A DNA stretch of 64,000 nucleotides from an uncultured Chlamydiae bacterium (GTDB lineage Bacteria > Chlamydiota > Chlamydiia > Chlamydiales > JAJFMA01), in the NCBI GenBank assembly GCA_963713615.1, contig CAVQMM010000001.1:3040001-3104000 (forward strand), in the 5' to 3' direction. Shown piece after piece: positions 9,035 through 21,012 of this stretch; the stretch's first letter is position 1; each line of letters begins with the position of its first letter. The translations under genes and the position numbers were made by a program. The notes below the pieces were generated by a model. The model saw only the letters and a list, made by a program, of their open reading frames with translations, was not told the DNA's origin and did no database searches.

Positions 9035-10667
9035 AGATGACTCTAAAACGTTTACATACCAAATGCGGCTTAATCTGGATAAGTCTTCTGCAAGCATTTT
9101 GGATGCTTGCGCGCAACTGTTTTCCAAGCTTGAACGTAAATTGTTTGCAGATGTCTGCAAAGGGAAGACTCCTGGTGAGCTTAAAGCAAGATACATTCGG
9201 GAATATGAAATTACCGCCCGTCATTTCAATGCTCTTCGTGTTCAGATCGAGGGGAAAGTGAGATCGATACGAGAGAGACGGCCGGGGCTGATTGCTGAAA
9301 TCCGGGATAAAATAGCGTCGGCTCAGAAGGTCATTGCACGTTTGGAAGAGAGAAAACTTAATTCCGAGAAGCTCCATCAAAAGAAGCGACGCTTGGGGAA
9401 TCTGAAACGTGGTCTTGAGAAACTCCAAGCGGATCAAGCGACGGGAAAAGTGTCCCTATGCTTCGGATCGAAGCGTCTATTTCGAGCTCAGTTCGCCTTG
9501 CATGAAAATGGCTATCAAAGTCACGAGGAATGGCTTGCAGAGTGGCGCCAGTCGCGGAGCAACAGCTTTTTTCTTCTCGGATCCAAAGACGAATCCAGTG
9601 GAAACCAATCCTGTACGGCTACGTTCACAGAAGAGGGCAGTCTAAGGTTACGACTCCGCCTTCCATCCGCGCTGGCAGGGCAAGAAAAGTACTTATGGCT
9701 TCCCCCGATTCGTTTTAAATACGGCCATGACAACATTGTGGAGGCTTTAAGATCCTGCGAGGAAAGAAAGCGACTACAGGCATCAAAAAGTCCTGAAGCG
9801 AGCCATTGTGGAGTGGCTCTCAGCTATCGATTCGTACGCGACGAAAAAGGATGGCGCGTGTTTATCAGCATGCCCGTTCAGAAACCCCAGACAGTCACTT
9901 CACAGCATCAGGGAGTCATCGGCGTCGACATCAATGCGAATCATCTAGCCATCACAGAAACAGATCGCTTTGGCAACCCTATCGCCAAGAAGTCGCTTCC
10001 ACTAAACACCTATGGAAAAAGTCGAAACCAAATCCAAGCTATCGTTGGCGATGCCTGTGCTAACCTTGTGGAAGCTGCGAGAAGTACCGGCAAGCCCCTA
10101 GTTATCGAACAACTCGACTTTCAAAAAAAGAAAGCAGAGCTAAAAGACCACGCAAGTCCCAAACTGGCACGAATGCTCTCAGGCCTAGCCTATAGTACCA
10201 TCATAAGCGGCCTGAACTCACGAGCTTGGAGATTGGGCGTAGAGGTCATGGAAGTGAATCCAGCCTATACTTCAATCATAGGACGCGTCAAATTTGCAAA
10301 AAGATATGGATTGTCAGTCCATCATGCGGCCGCACTGGTCATAGGCCGCCGATCCCTTAGAGCCTCCGAAAGAGTTCCTCGCGATCTGGACTCAATACCA
10401 GATGGCAAAGGAAGCCATGTCGCTTTGTCCCTACCCGAGAGGAATCGGGATAAACACGTATGGCATACCTGGGGAATCGTCAATAGAAGGTTTAAAACCG
10501 TGCATGCAGCACACTTCCGGGCGAAAAAAAATCGATCCTCATGCTCTAAGCCAGCATGCGTGATAGAGCCCATCCCGGATGTTGCCGGTGAGATTCCGGC
10601 TGGTGAATCCGTCAACACAACTGCTCGGTTGGCGTCCTTAACTAGGCCTACAACGATAAATGTGTAG
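9024..10667 (+). CDS. tnpB: Large TnpB (RuvC RNA-guided nuclease family), 547 aa
   Basis: RuvC-I VIGVDINANHLA, RuvC-II LVIEQLDF, VNPAYTS and RuvC-III-like SVHHAAALVIGRR. Confidence 0.9.
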   Translation: MPSKDDSKTFTYQMRLNLDKSSASILDACAQLFSKLERKLFADVCKGKTPGELKARYIREYEITARHFNALRVQIEGKVRSIRERRPGLIAEIRDKIASAQKVIARLEERKLNSEKLHQKKRRLGNLKRGLEKLQADQATGKVSLCFGSKRLFRAQFALHENGYQSHEEWLAEWRQSRSNSFFLLGSKDESSGNQSCTATFTEEGSLRLRLRLPSALAGQEKYLWLPPIRFKYGHDNIVEALRSCEERKRLQASKSPEASHCGVALSYRFVRDEKGWRVFISMPVQKPQTVTSQHQGVIGVDINANHLAITETDRFGNPIAKKSLPLNTYGKSRNQIQAIVGDACANLVEAARSTGKPLVIEQLDFQKKKAELKDHASPKLARMLSGLAYSTIISGLNSRAWRLGVEVMEVNPAYTSIIGRVKFAKRYGLSVHHAAALVIGRRSLRASERVPRDLDSIPDGKGSHVALSLPERNRDKHVWHTWGIVNRRFKTVHAAHFRAKKNRSSCSKPACVIEPIPDVAGEIPAGESVNTTARLASLTRPTTINV

Positions 10668-10710
10668 ATTTGTTAAGGTTTTTAGGAGCGGTTTAAAAAT
10701 CCCCCCTCGT
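10570..10710 (+). ncRNA. Putative TnpB omega/reRNA scaffold plus flank-derived guide
   Basis: Nested hairpins CGGAT..GCCGG-N7-CCGGC..ATCCG (10576-10611) and GTCAAC/GTTGGC overlap the tnpB 3' end up to the element end, the usual omegaRNA position. Confidence 0.55.
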
Positions 10711-10777
10711 TTCCCTCTAGGGAGATCGAGAGAAGCAAGGGAGAAATAAAGGAATATAGCAATTTTAAACGTTTCAT
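10690..10777 (-). pseudogene. traU: traU 5' fragment (signal peptide) interrupted by IS607
   Basis: MKRLKLLYSFISPLLLSISLEGNEGGFLN(P) directly follows trbC and matches the TraU G-x-F-x-N-P start. Confidence 0.7.
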
Positions 10778-11385
10778 TAAATCGTGCTGTTTAACATCTT
10801 ACTTTTTAGAATCTCAAGTAGATCGCCCGCAGTTTTTGTTTCTCCTTGTGCTTTGAATATCTCCAAAGCACATTGCGTCGAGATGTTTCCCGACACTTTG
10901 TCAAAGATCCCATCTTCAGGAAGAATGAAAGTGGGTACTTTAGTCACTTTATATTCCTGAAAAATCAATGGATTAAGCTCCACCTGTGCCTCAAAGCCCT
11001 TTTCTCTTAAATCGAATAGACGGCTGGCTAGGTCTCGGAAGCTATTGTTGGGTAGGCCCTGCAATACAACAATGCCGTTCAAGGCTCTAAGATCCTTTGT
11101 TAGTGCTATCCACGTCGTGTCTGGAACAGAGAATGATAAGCAAATGATTAATTTTGGGTGGCTTATATGAGGAGTAGGGCCAATCTGACACTTGCCTTTG
11201 GGTAAGGATGGCACGGTCATATTTGCAATGGAAATTCTCATATCAACCTTTTGCTTTAGACTCTTTCTCAGCCACTCAACTCCATCAGGATCAACGTTAG
11301 AAACGACCTGCTTAAGCCATGCTTCATCCATTTCAGCGTTACAGCTAGTAATAAGAAAGGCTAGGAAACCCAAAAGACGTTTCAT
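10777..11385 (-). CDS. trbC: F-type pilus assembly protein TrbC
   Basis: ICLSFSVP, VVLQGLPNNSF, LNPLIFQEYKVTKVPTF and DKVSGNIS. Confidence 0.9.
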   Translation of the reverse strand: MKRLLGFLAFLITSCNAEMDEAWLKQVVSNVDPDGVEWLRKSLKQKVDMRISIANMTVPSLPKGKCQIGPTPHISHPKLIICLSFSVPDTTWIALTKDLRALNGIVVLQGLPNNSFRDLASRLFDLREKGFEAQVELNPLIFQEYKVTKVPTFILPEDGIFDKVSGNISTQCALEIFKAQGETKTAGDLLEILKSKMLNSTI

Positions 11386-11645
11386 GCGTTGCGCTCAAGC
11401 TCTTCTTCAATTTCTTCTACAGTTGGTAGGCTACTCTTAAGGTCTTGCCTGTCCATTATCACCGTATTGTGCCCCCAATAAAATTGGGCAGCAGCTGCTG
11501 CTCAATTTTCATCATGAATTTAATAAGCCTGTTCTCAAACAACCTCGTTCGCAGGATGCTTGGGAATTTGTAGGCCCAATACTTGCCTTTGCAAACGCCA
11601 CAGCAGCTATCATGAGAAACAAACTGAGAAAGATACTATGTCCAT
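11382..11645 (-). pseudogene. Frameshifted remnant, possibly trbI
   Basis: A hydrophobic N-terminal fragment and ENRLIKFMMKIEQQL / HNTVIMDRQ fall in different frames between traW and trbC. Confidence 0.3.
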
Positions 11646-11675
11646 CTAACCTTTATAAAAAGATAATTTTATATT

Positions 11676-12308
11676 CTAATCTTTAACTTTTCCTTTATGG
11701 GGTTCCCATGGAGAACTCTTCGATTTTGATCCGCAAGCCATCTTGAGATACCTTTGCAGGTACGTGGGTAATGCCAAGCTTGCTTGTGAGGTATCCATAT
11801 TGGTCAAAAAAACACGTTTTTGATTACGGGCCTCTAATTCTAAAGGCCTTCCCTTAACTAATATCCACTTACTCCCCGATTCTTGCGCTTCGGCCCATTT
11901 CAGATGGGTCTCTTTCGATCCGTCGATAAACAGGAGGTTGTCAGTAAGCCCAAAAATCGTCAGTGGATTTATGGTGGTTCCCTTGGCAACAACGATATTG
12001 CCATTGTGATCCATAATATCTACTGACGCGATGGTGGAAGGGTCATAGAAGGAGACTCGATAGGTATTGGCTTCCTCTATACCCACTACAGGGATTGGTT
12101 CTTCAGCTAAACTGAAATAGTGCTGACAGACCTTTTTCTCTAGCATGGCTAAATCGCTCGTGGTAAATGCTCCGAGCTTTTTTCGAATATACTGGAGAAG
12201 GTCTTCCTCCATCACAGGAAATAGATGGCCTTGATCGCCCAAGTCTTTCGAAAACAAGGGCGCTGTAGCTACCCATGAAACTAACCAAAGTCTTAAAATA
12301 GGGGCCAT
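11676..12308 (-). pseudogene. traW: TraW with a frameshift near the C-terminus
   Basis: KDLGDQGHLFPVMEEDLL, FYDPS, GTTINPL and LLFIDG. The conserved FDQYGYLTSKLGITHVPAKVSQDG lies in another frame after a T7 run at ~11806-11812. Confidence 0.85.
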
Positions 12309-12766
12309 AACACATCCTGTATGTCAGTTATTCGTAATAGGCCAAAATTTGCGTATCTTGAGTCGAAGCTTTGAGGGTGATCTCCAGAGACAAATAGACA
12401 ACCGTCTGGGATCACATCGATTGCATTAGGAGCTAATGTCTTTCCGGAAGGTGTTTCGCTACAAATAGGGCCAACTAAGGTGTTGTTCACATAAATATCT
12501 TCAGACTCTACGTTCACCAAATCTCCTGGAAGGCCTACAACCTTTTTAGCAAGCTTTGTATTAGTACTAGGGAGATAGAATGAAACGAATGTGCCACGTT
12601 GAATGGTATCTAAATGCTTTGACGAGCTCATGAATACCCAGTAGGGCAGACTATTTGAACGGTTCACCCTCAGCCCATATGGTATGTCTATCGCATCCAC
12701 GTTCAGATACAGCAGAAATCCTGTCAGCATTATGGCTGTAGTGATAATCAATCCATTGCTATACAT
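12293..12766 (-). CDS. Conjugative S26 signal peptidase (TrsF/TraF-like pilin maturase)
   Basis: NRSNSLP, KKVVGLPGD and GDHPQSFDSRY. Confidence 0.9.
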   Translation of the reverse strand: MYSNGLIITTAIMLTGFLLYLNVDAIDIPYGLRVNRSNSLPYWVFMSSSKHLDTIQRGTFVSFYLPSTNTKLAKKVVGLPGDLVNVESEDIYVNNTLVGPICSETPSGKTLAPNAIDVIPDGCLFVSGDHPQSFDSRYANFGLLRITDIQDVLWPLF

Positions 12767-14200
12767 CCTTCCCCCTCAAAACCAATAGCTTTTCAATGGC
12801 TTGGGAGACGGAGCCGCCTTGTTGCTGAAGTGCCTTAATCTTTACGTACTCGTCTGCCTTGGTGGTGTAGAGCAACTCCGAAAATGGATCGAGCACCAGC
12901 CTACAAATAGTGTGACCTCGATCCGCATCGCAAATCATGACCTCACTATATTCCCCATGACGCGTTGTCACGCTTTCCAATGCGGCTCTCTTGCTATCGT
13001 CGAGGTCTAATTTATGCGATTCAACAAGAGCCCCAATAGAGCTTTTTTTCTGCGATAGCAAGCACATCCAATCGCTGTTATCAAATGCAGTCCTTGCCCC
13101 CGGCGTGGCAAAGAAGTCCTCAATGCTCTGTGTACCGACGACCAGTGAGCCGTTATACTTTCTGAGTCGTCTTGCTAACGTTTCTATAAACGGTCCCGAT
13201 TGTTTGCCCCTAAGTAAATCCCAGGCCTCATCTATACATAGATAGAAAGGTGTCTTGCGATCTCCAAGGAAGGCGGCGTTTGTGATTTCCATAATAAAGA
13301 GCTGGATCACCACTGCCTGAAGGTCTTTTTTCTCCTTGAGTTCTTCTAGTTCGATGAGAACAAGCTGCTCATCAAATCTCACATTATTGCAACCCTCAAA
13401 GTGCTTGGCATAGACTCCCATCCTGGTATAAGGCCTTAGCATGGTTCCCAAAATGTTTACTTGTGGATCCTCGTGTAAGCATAGCCATTCAGCAACGTCT
13501 GATATCGTCGCTCCCGTTTTATGCTTCTCCCAGGTCTCTTTGATCGCTGTTTCAATGATGGCATTTTCGTAATCCGTGGTCCCAGCGCTTGGTGCTGCCA
13601 TGTAGGCTATGACAGACTTTAAAAAGGTAAAGGCCGTGTCTCTTTCGTCTGCATCGTGCAGAGAAATGTGAGTGAAGGGATTCAGGCAAATCGTTGATTC
13701 TTTGGAAAATTCAATATTTTGGCCTTGAACTAGATCACACATTCTTTCAAAGCTGCGACCGACATCAAGGATGTATACACGAGCACCAGCGCTCAATCCG
13801 CTTACGAGCAGGTCTTGCATAAAAACGGACTTGCCGGCCCCGCTTCTTCCTACAACCGAGATATTGTAATTTCCTACCTTGTTGTCAAAGGGACACCAAT
13901 TTAGTAACTGCCCCCTCCTGCCCATTAAGAGCATTCCTGGCGTAGGTGTGCCGCCCCATTCTCCGTGTCAGGGCACAAAGTTAGTGCATTCAGTTGAAAT
14001 TGTCGTGCGAAATAGATTTAACTTTTTCAGATCGGGAACATACTCGGCCCATGTCATCGGTAACGCAGCTATAAAAGCTGGCAAATGTACACAACGATTA
14101 TCGGCTAATAGAAAGTGGTTAATTCGGAATAGGGTCTTAAGTGTCTGCTCTGACTGGTTAATGTAACGGCGGATGTTGAAGGCTACGTTGACAATGCTCG
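12759..14200 (-). pseudogene. traC: TraC (VirB4 ATPase), 5'-truncated with an in-frame stop
   Basis: Walker A GRSGAGKS, IDEAW and ARRLRKYNGS. The upstream frame continues through a TGA at 13968-13970 (FVP*HGEWGGT). N-terminal half absent. Confidence 0.9.
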
Positions 14201-14201
14201 A

Positions 14202-14690
14202 ATGCGCCAAATTACCGGGCATCATGCTTCCGACATAACCAAGCTTTTACAGGATCTAGTTAGTCGTGGGATTTTGTTTCAAAATGGCCAAGGACGTTGG
14301 ACGCAATACTGCCTTCCTTCGAATCTTAACTCTCCAAATATAGGCATAGACGATCACTCCGTACATAAGGACAGTCACTCCGTACATAAGGACGATCACT
14401 CCGTACATAAGGAAAAAAATTCCGATAAGCAATGGAATGCACTCACTAGAATTGCCGAACCAGCTAAACTAAATAAACGATTACCTCCCAAAGAGATGGA
14501 AGCTATTATTCTGCAACTCTGTAACGATCATTGGCTAACAAGAAAACAAATAAGCGATCTACTACAACGAAATTCCGATGGCCTCCGCTCTCGTTTTCTA
14601 ACATCCATGGTGGAACATGGTCTCCTGCAATTGCGTTATCCAGATAAACCAAATCGTGCCGATCAGGCGTACAGAACTGCCTTGCAATAA
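14202..14690 (+). pseudogene. C-terminal remnant of an AlbA/HATPase winged-helix protein
   Basis: ITKLLQDLVSRGILFQNGQGRWTQY and YPDKPNRADQAY. Same family as 1342-2022. Confidence 0.7.
14349..14411 (+). repeat. 3 x 21-bp in-frame tandem repeat (D-D/S-HSVHK)
   Basis: GAC(GA/AG)TCACTCCGTACATAAG x3. Confidence 0.95.
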
Positions 14691-14937
14691 GGTCTTAGCA
14701 TCCACCATCTCCTCCAGAGAGTGTGGCCAAACCACGATGGATTCATAGCTTTCAGCCTGATGGCTTTCCAAACTAGGCAATTGAGGTTTGAAATTTCGTC
14801 AGGCGCCTAGGAGCTTCCTAGAGCCTTTGGAAAATTTTCATGATGGGAAAAAATGCAGGTGAATTATAGTTTTGATTTTACAGTAAGACCTCTACTTTTT
14901 GATTAATGCTTCGCTAATACCTAATTGAGACAACGAC

Positions 14938-15351
14938 ATGGCAAACAGCTCTTCTACTACACCAGAGACCACTACAGATCTGCCCGACAAGCAAAAATTA
15001 CACTCCATAAAGATCGGAGAAATGCTGTATAGGCGTATTGACGATCATATTCGCACTCAAAAGCGTTTTGGAGAAAAGCGCCAAACGAAAAATGCATGGC
15101 TTGAGGAAGCTGTAAAGGAAAAGCTTGAATCAGAAAGAGATTTTAGCGCGGGTAATATACCGAGAGAAAAGCACCTATCAGTTTCCCTTAGTAAGTCACT
15201 CACCGATGAATTGGAAAAGCGTGTAGAACTCCTAAAAAACCTCCTAGAAGGATACTCCAAAAAGCGTTTTATTTTAGAAGCTGCTCTAGAGAAGCTTGAG
15301 CGAGAGGAAGCTGGTCTGAAGAAATTAATGGATCGTCAACACAACGCTTAA
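14938..15351 (+). CDS. Hypothetical protein with two ribbon-helix-helix-like repeats
   Basis: Internal duplication: SIKIGEMLYRRID...KNAWLEEAVKEKLE and SVSLSKSLTDELE...KKRFILEAALEKLE. Confidence 0.65.
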   Translation: MANSSSTTPETTTDLPDKQKLHSIKIGEMLYRRIDDHIRTQKRFGEKRQTKNAWLEEAVKEKLESERDFSAGNIPREKHLSVSLSKSLTDELEKRVELLKNLLEGYSKKRFILEAALEKLEREEAGLKKLMDRQHNA

Positions 15352-15364
15352 CAGTAGTACCAAA

Positions 15365-15598
15365 AGGCCCATATCGGTTCTAGCATAACTCCAAATTCGT
15401 AAGGAACTGTGATCGTAGAGTTGCCGTCCAAGGAAGTTCATCACAAAAAAAGATGCTCTTGTTCACGTTCGGAATTTTATTAATCGCTTGAGCAACGTCC
15501 TCAAGTGCATCAATCCAGTCCAATCTAGGAATTAGAGACAGACCTTGATAAAAAACAGTTCCGATCTGTTTGGCAAACTATCCCAACTGTTCCTCATT
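15365..15598 (-). pseudogene. Fragment of an AAA/archaeal-type ATPase
   Basis: Hand translation gives EEQLG*FAKQIG...DWIDALEDV...IFFCDELPWTATLRSQFL..LELC*N: a Walker-B-like FFxDELPW with two TAG stops. Confidence 0.65.
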
Positions 15599-15888
15599 TG
15601 ATGAATCGCACCACTAAAAATCGCTAAAGTTGGCGACTTCATCGAGTCGCCCAAATGTCGCAGTAACGGCGTGATTGAAAACGTCTTTTTAATGGCGATG
15701 CAATACAGGCCATTTTGTTCTAGGAGTATCCAAATAGCTTTCCAAGAGGGAAACTGAGCATTGATATTCTAGATTGACCTAGGTGCTGAACATGCCATCC
15801 GCCATTGAACACATAAAAAGTCTTTCATTTAATAAAAGCTTTTGATTACCGTCGTCATAGATTTTTTAACCATGGGAATTTTTAAACG

Positions 15889-18800
15889 ATGCCATATCTA
15901 TTCAACAATACATCTCTCTTATTTATTCGCCCTCAGTTGCTTGTAGGACGTTTTTTCGTCTGTATGACTACTGTCTTGTGTTGGTTTTCATGCTCGTTAC
16001 ATGCAGGAGACCTTCCCTCCGAGATGCGTCTAGGAGCAGAAAGCACCCCTTTAGCCACCGCTTATGATTGCGTTAACCTCATTACAGGTGATTTTTATCT
16101 AACTGACGGTTCTATTGTCATTGATGGTCCAGACCCTTTGCATTGTATTCAATTTTACGATACCGGTCATCATTACTTCAGCCCGCACGGTTGTGGAGTC
16201 GGCCTTAATTTCCCTTTCAGAGTGGGCTGGTTGAAGCATTCTTCTAGGAATGATCACAAGCAAATTGCATTAATCGCGGAGGAGCGTGAGTGCTCTACAA
16301 TTAGTTGGCACGGTTCAAGGAAATACCATACAAGCAAGTGTCAATCCGGAACTTTTTTCTCTCGGATACACCAATTATTCTGAGGGAATGAACGGTACAA
16401 GCAACATAAAAAATCGCAAATTGCACTTTTCCGGATGCGGAAAAGGTGATGCTAATGTGGGTTATACTGGCGGTCAATGCACCATGACGCTGGGATCAGG
16501 AAGCGTCCGCACCTACAGTTGGTCTCCAAAATCCAATTGCTGGTGGTTAAGTCAAGAAAATAAACCTAATGGCCACAAGCTTCTATTCACTTACAATGAA
16601 GGTGGATTAGACTTGCGAACGACAAATGCTTCTCAGAATGTCGTTTTCAATGCCGTACAGATGAGAGATGTACAAGGAGGGTATCGCATTACTGGAAGTA
16701 ATGGTCAATCTACTTTTTATGGGATTAGTAATGTCCTCTGCAAGGCCGGAAAGAAAAAGAAGAAAAAGGGCTTTTGGACCTTCGATCTGACGCAAATCAC
16801 TCCTTCACACGGTCCAAAACTTAGCCTGGAATACCATTATAAGCGTGATCGAGAGGACGGTTTATGGAGGAAGCTAAGTCATATTGGAAAGCCTGACGGA
16901 CGTTACCTTAAAATCGACTACCATCGCGACCAGGGCAAAGTCATGGCACTTAGAGCCCCTCTAGGCAGAGATGGCAAAGAAGGGACATTAGCTTCGTTCC
17001 ACTATCATAATGAAGTGACAATTGTCTGTGATGCCCTTCAACATCAAACGGCTTATCGCCTATCCCCTCACAAGCGCGTGACCGCCATTGAGCGATATAG
17101 CGGAGTCGGTGCCCAGAACTCACTATACTCATCTCAACAATTTGTCTGGGGAGACAGTGGATTGAACATGGGTCATCTCATGGCTCGGGGACTCCGTACA
17201 AGCAACAATACCTATGTCAACTATACCACAGGCATTTATGATAGCCGAGGCAATATCATCAAGGAGGAGCTTTTCGGAAATCTAACTGGAATGGGTTCGG
17301 ACACCTTTATCTTGGGACCAGACCAGCGTCCTATTGCCATTTTTACAGCAAACGAAAAAAAACAAGATGACCTCCCTTCACAGCCCTCATCTGCCCCGCG
17401 GCCTGTAGAATGCCACGTAACTCACTTCAGCTACTCCACCGATGGATTTAACCTACTCTTAGAAGAACGTCATCCTGATGGGAGGAGCATTTCCTATCGC
17501 TATAAACCTGGAACAGACCTACTTATTGCCAAACTGACGAAGTTTGGAGACCGGATCCTATCTCGAGAATTTCACGAATATGATGGGAATGGAATCTTAG
17601 TACAAACATTCCTAGATGATGGCTCAGGTCAGGCAATCGATAACTACACGGATGTTACAGGGCGAAAGGTTATCTGTTACACCCCCTTCGAAGAGTCCCC
17701 TTGGATAGGCTTTCCTAGACAGATCGCGGAACACTATTATAATCCCACAACCCAAACTGAGTATCACATAGGATCTGTTCTCAATACCTATAACGAGCAA
17801 GGTCAACTGACTGCCCAAGAGCATTATGATGCTGATGAGGTCTATCGCTATACACTGCTTTGGAAATACGACGAAAAAGGCAACCTGGTTAGTCAAACCG
17901 ATGCATTAGGTCAGCACTGCTTGATGGAGTACGACGATAACAAAAACAAGATTCGCGAAGAACTGATCGGCTCGGGCTTTCGCACCTTCTACAGATACGA
18001 TCTCATGAACCGTCTGATCAAATCGATTGAAAAGCATGAGCATGGGGCCTGCTTTCTCACGGAGTACCGCTATGACCTGGTGGGTAATAAAATTGCCCAA
18101 ATCGAATCCCACAACGAAACGGGTTCAGAAGAGACAGATGGCTTTAGCAATCAAACGAACTTTGTCTACGATGAATTCGGCCGCGAAATAGAAGTGCATT
18201 ATCCCGCTTGCGCCACATTAAGACATGGCTATCAGCCTTCACATATAAAGAAAGAATATAACATCTTAGATCAAGTGACTGCGGTCATCGATCAAAATGG
18301 TCACAGAACCACTACCACCTACAACCTGCGTGGACAACCTGTATGCATCACTTATTCAGATGAAACTCAAGAGCGTTATGAATATAACTTAAACGGCACC
18401 GTCGCGAAAAAATGGGAAAAAGAAGGCCTTTGCCATCACTACTCCTACGATGGAAGGAGCCGGCTCGTTCGCACCGATACATACGATGAATCAAACCATC
18501 TGCATTATTCGCTGCATCAAGAGTACCACGGAGATCATCTTATCCGTGAAACCGACGCTATGGGGTACGTCACAGAGTATACGTATGATGAAAGAGGACG
18601 CAAAAATGGCGTCTTAAAACAAACCGACACAGGTTTTGAGCGTACCTCCTTCACCTACAATGCCCTAGGGGGTCTAAGGGAGACAAAGCGGTGGTACGGC
18701 ACTGCAGAACACGAGTTCATCACGACTATAGAGGAGCGCGATCTTCTTGATCGCCTCGTCGAGGTACGTACAGAAGATGCTGGGGGTAATCTCCTCCGCA

Positions 18801-20962
18801 AAGAATCCTATGCTTATGACCGTCTGGGTAACCGCACTAAAACCCAAACATATGACAGCTTAGAGACTAGTTCCACGACTCAAACTCTCTACAATTCCAA
18901 AGGATTACCCATAGAGGAAATTGATGCCTTAGGTCATTCCACTCACATCTCTTATAACTACAGGTACATCAATCCTGTTTCCAATAAACAGGTTCTGCAA
19001 AAAATCACCACAGACCCTTTAGGGAATCAAACTCTCGAAACCCATGATGCACTCCAACGCCTGGTTTGCATTGAGAAGCTCAATGCCCAGGGTCGGACCA
19101 TCGCCATCGAAGAGCTCTGCTACGACCTCACCGGAGATAAGGTACGTCAGCGCAATAAAGTCCTCATTGGTGGGGCTCACTCTCACGATTACGTCGTGCA
19201 GTGGGAATATGACTGCATGCATCGACCGACCTTGATTGAGGAGAAGGGGCAGGGGCTACAAAAAATCACAAGACAGACATATGACTCTTATGGACGCCTT
19301 CAGACACTCACCAAACCTGATGGAGTTACCCTTCATCACGCTTACGATTCTTTAGGCCGTCTTGAGACTCTGAGCAGCTCTGATGGTACAATCTCCTATC
19401 ACTATTGTTACGACCTGCACAATAACCCCATCCTTACCACCGACCACGTAACTGCCTCCCGCACCGTACGGAGTTACGATGCTTGGAGTCGTCTCATCAC
19501 TGAAGAGCTTGCTACGGGCCTTTGTTTTCAATATTCCTACGACTCGCTCGGCCGATTACTATGTGTTGTTCTACCCGATGCTTCTTCCATTGCGTATACT
19601 TATGATGCCATACACCTGAAGAGGGTTCAGCGGCTTAATCAGGTTGCGCAACCGACATATCAGCATGAATACCTGGCCTATGACCTGGCGGGACATGAGC
19701 TCTCCTCTCGCCTGATCGGACAGGCCGGTCTTCAACAGAGATCTTGGGATCCTCTCGGAAGGAATACACGCATCGAGACAGCCTTCTGGGCAGAGACCAT
19801 TCTAGAGGATGGCTATGATGTGGCAGGGAACTTGCGCTGCATGCTCGTCAAAGACATCGCTGGAGATGTGTTTAGTCATTATTCATATAATGATCTATAC
19901 CAGCTCATTGCTGAAGAAAGCTTAACAGAGCATACCTATGCTTACGACTCTTTACACAATCGATTGCGAAAAGACGACGCGCCCTATGCTGTAAATGGAC
20001 TTAACCAGATTGTATCGGATTCCGAAAGCGTCTACCATCATGATGCCAATGGAAATCGCATTTCCAAGTGTGTTAATGACCAAGAAACGCATTATGTCTA
20101 CGATGCACTGAATCGGCTCACGTCTGTCCAAACATCCTCTTGGAAGGTAAGTTACTTTTACGATTCATTCGGAAGACGCCTTTCATGCACACACCATATC
20201 GGGCAAAATGACTGGGAGCCTCTCAAAAGAATATGCTATCTGTATCAGGGCCAAAAGGAGATCGGCGCGAATCGCAACGGTCATCTTGAACAGTTACGTG
20301 TATTGGGGACCGGTAAAGGCGCTGAGTTAGGCGCAGCAGTAGCTGTTGAGATTCTGGGTCATGTCTATGCTCCTATTCATGACCATCGCGGAAACGTCTG
20401 CTGCCTCGTGGAGAGTCAGAGCGGTCAGTTAGCGGAAGCCTATCGCTATACTGCATATGGAGAACATACTCTGTTCGGACCAAATGCTCAGACTATTCCA
20501 AGCAGTTTAGTGGAAAATCCATGGCTATTTGCTAGCAAAAGGTTAGATCCTCTTACAGGCTTAATTCAATTTGGCAAGCGCGACTATGACAGTAACCTGG
20601 GACGTTGGCTAACCCCCGATCCCGCCGGATTTGCAGATGGACCCAACCTCTATGCCTATGTGCACAATGACCCCATGACACTCTTTGATCCTTGGGGTTT
20701 GGCAATTAATTGGATGGGTCCTTCTGGTCTTGGCTACGACTATTTTGGTTCTAGTAATGCCTTTTCAAGCCGGCTTGGGCAAGGGTTTAACTCATGGAAT
20801 AGCCGTAGTTTCGAACCTTATTCGCTGATCAACAGGCCATTAGGTCAACCAAATTTAGGATTTGCTTCTCAAACCAATGGCGGACTACAATCGTTTGTTG
20901 GGATAGCTCCCATGGCTCTGCGTACAAGTTTGGATTGCACCCAACCTAAGAAGCCCTTTTGA
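15889..20962 (+). pseudogene. RHS/YD-repeat protein 1, frameshifted at ~16290, with a short C-terminal extension
   Basis: Signal peptide, DCVNLITGDF, many YD repeats and core end TPDPAGFADGPNLYAYVHNDPMTLFDPWGL. Comparison with RHS2 (EEREGSA) places the frameshift. Confidence 0.9.
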
Positions 20963-21012
20963 GCTTTATGTCCATTTCTGTCTATAGTGTCCGTGCTGTA
21001 AATGGACATTAT

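Larger units (their letters stand above)
8346..10689 (+). mobile_element. IS607-family element (serine recombinase TnpA + TnpB)
   Basis: GG dinucleotide at both junctions (8344-45, 10690-91). Removing the element restores an in-frame traU junction. TAGATTT-like motifs near both ends. Confidence 0.88.

Noticed and set aside
9024..10667. TnpB as a Cas12 effector for the CRISPR array
   Set aside because: It is coupled to an IS607 recombinase 8 kb from the array, and the repeat is type I-F.
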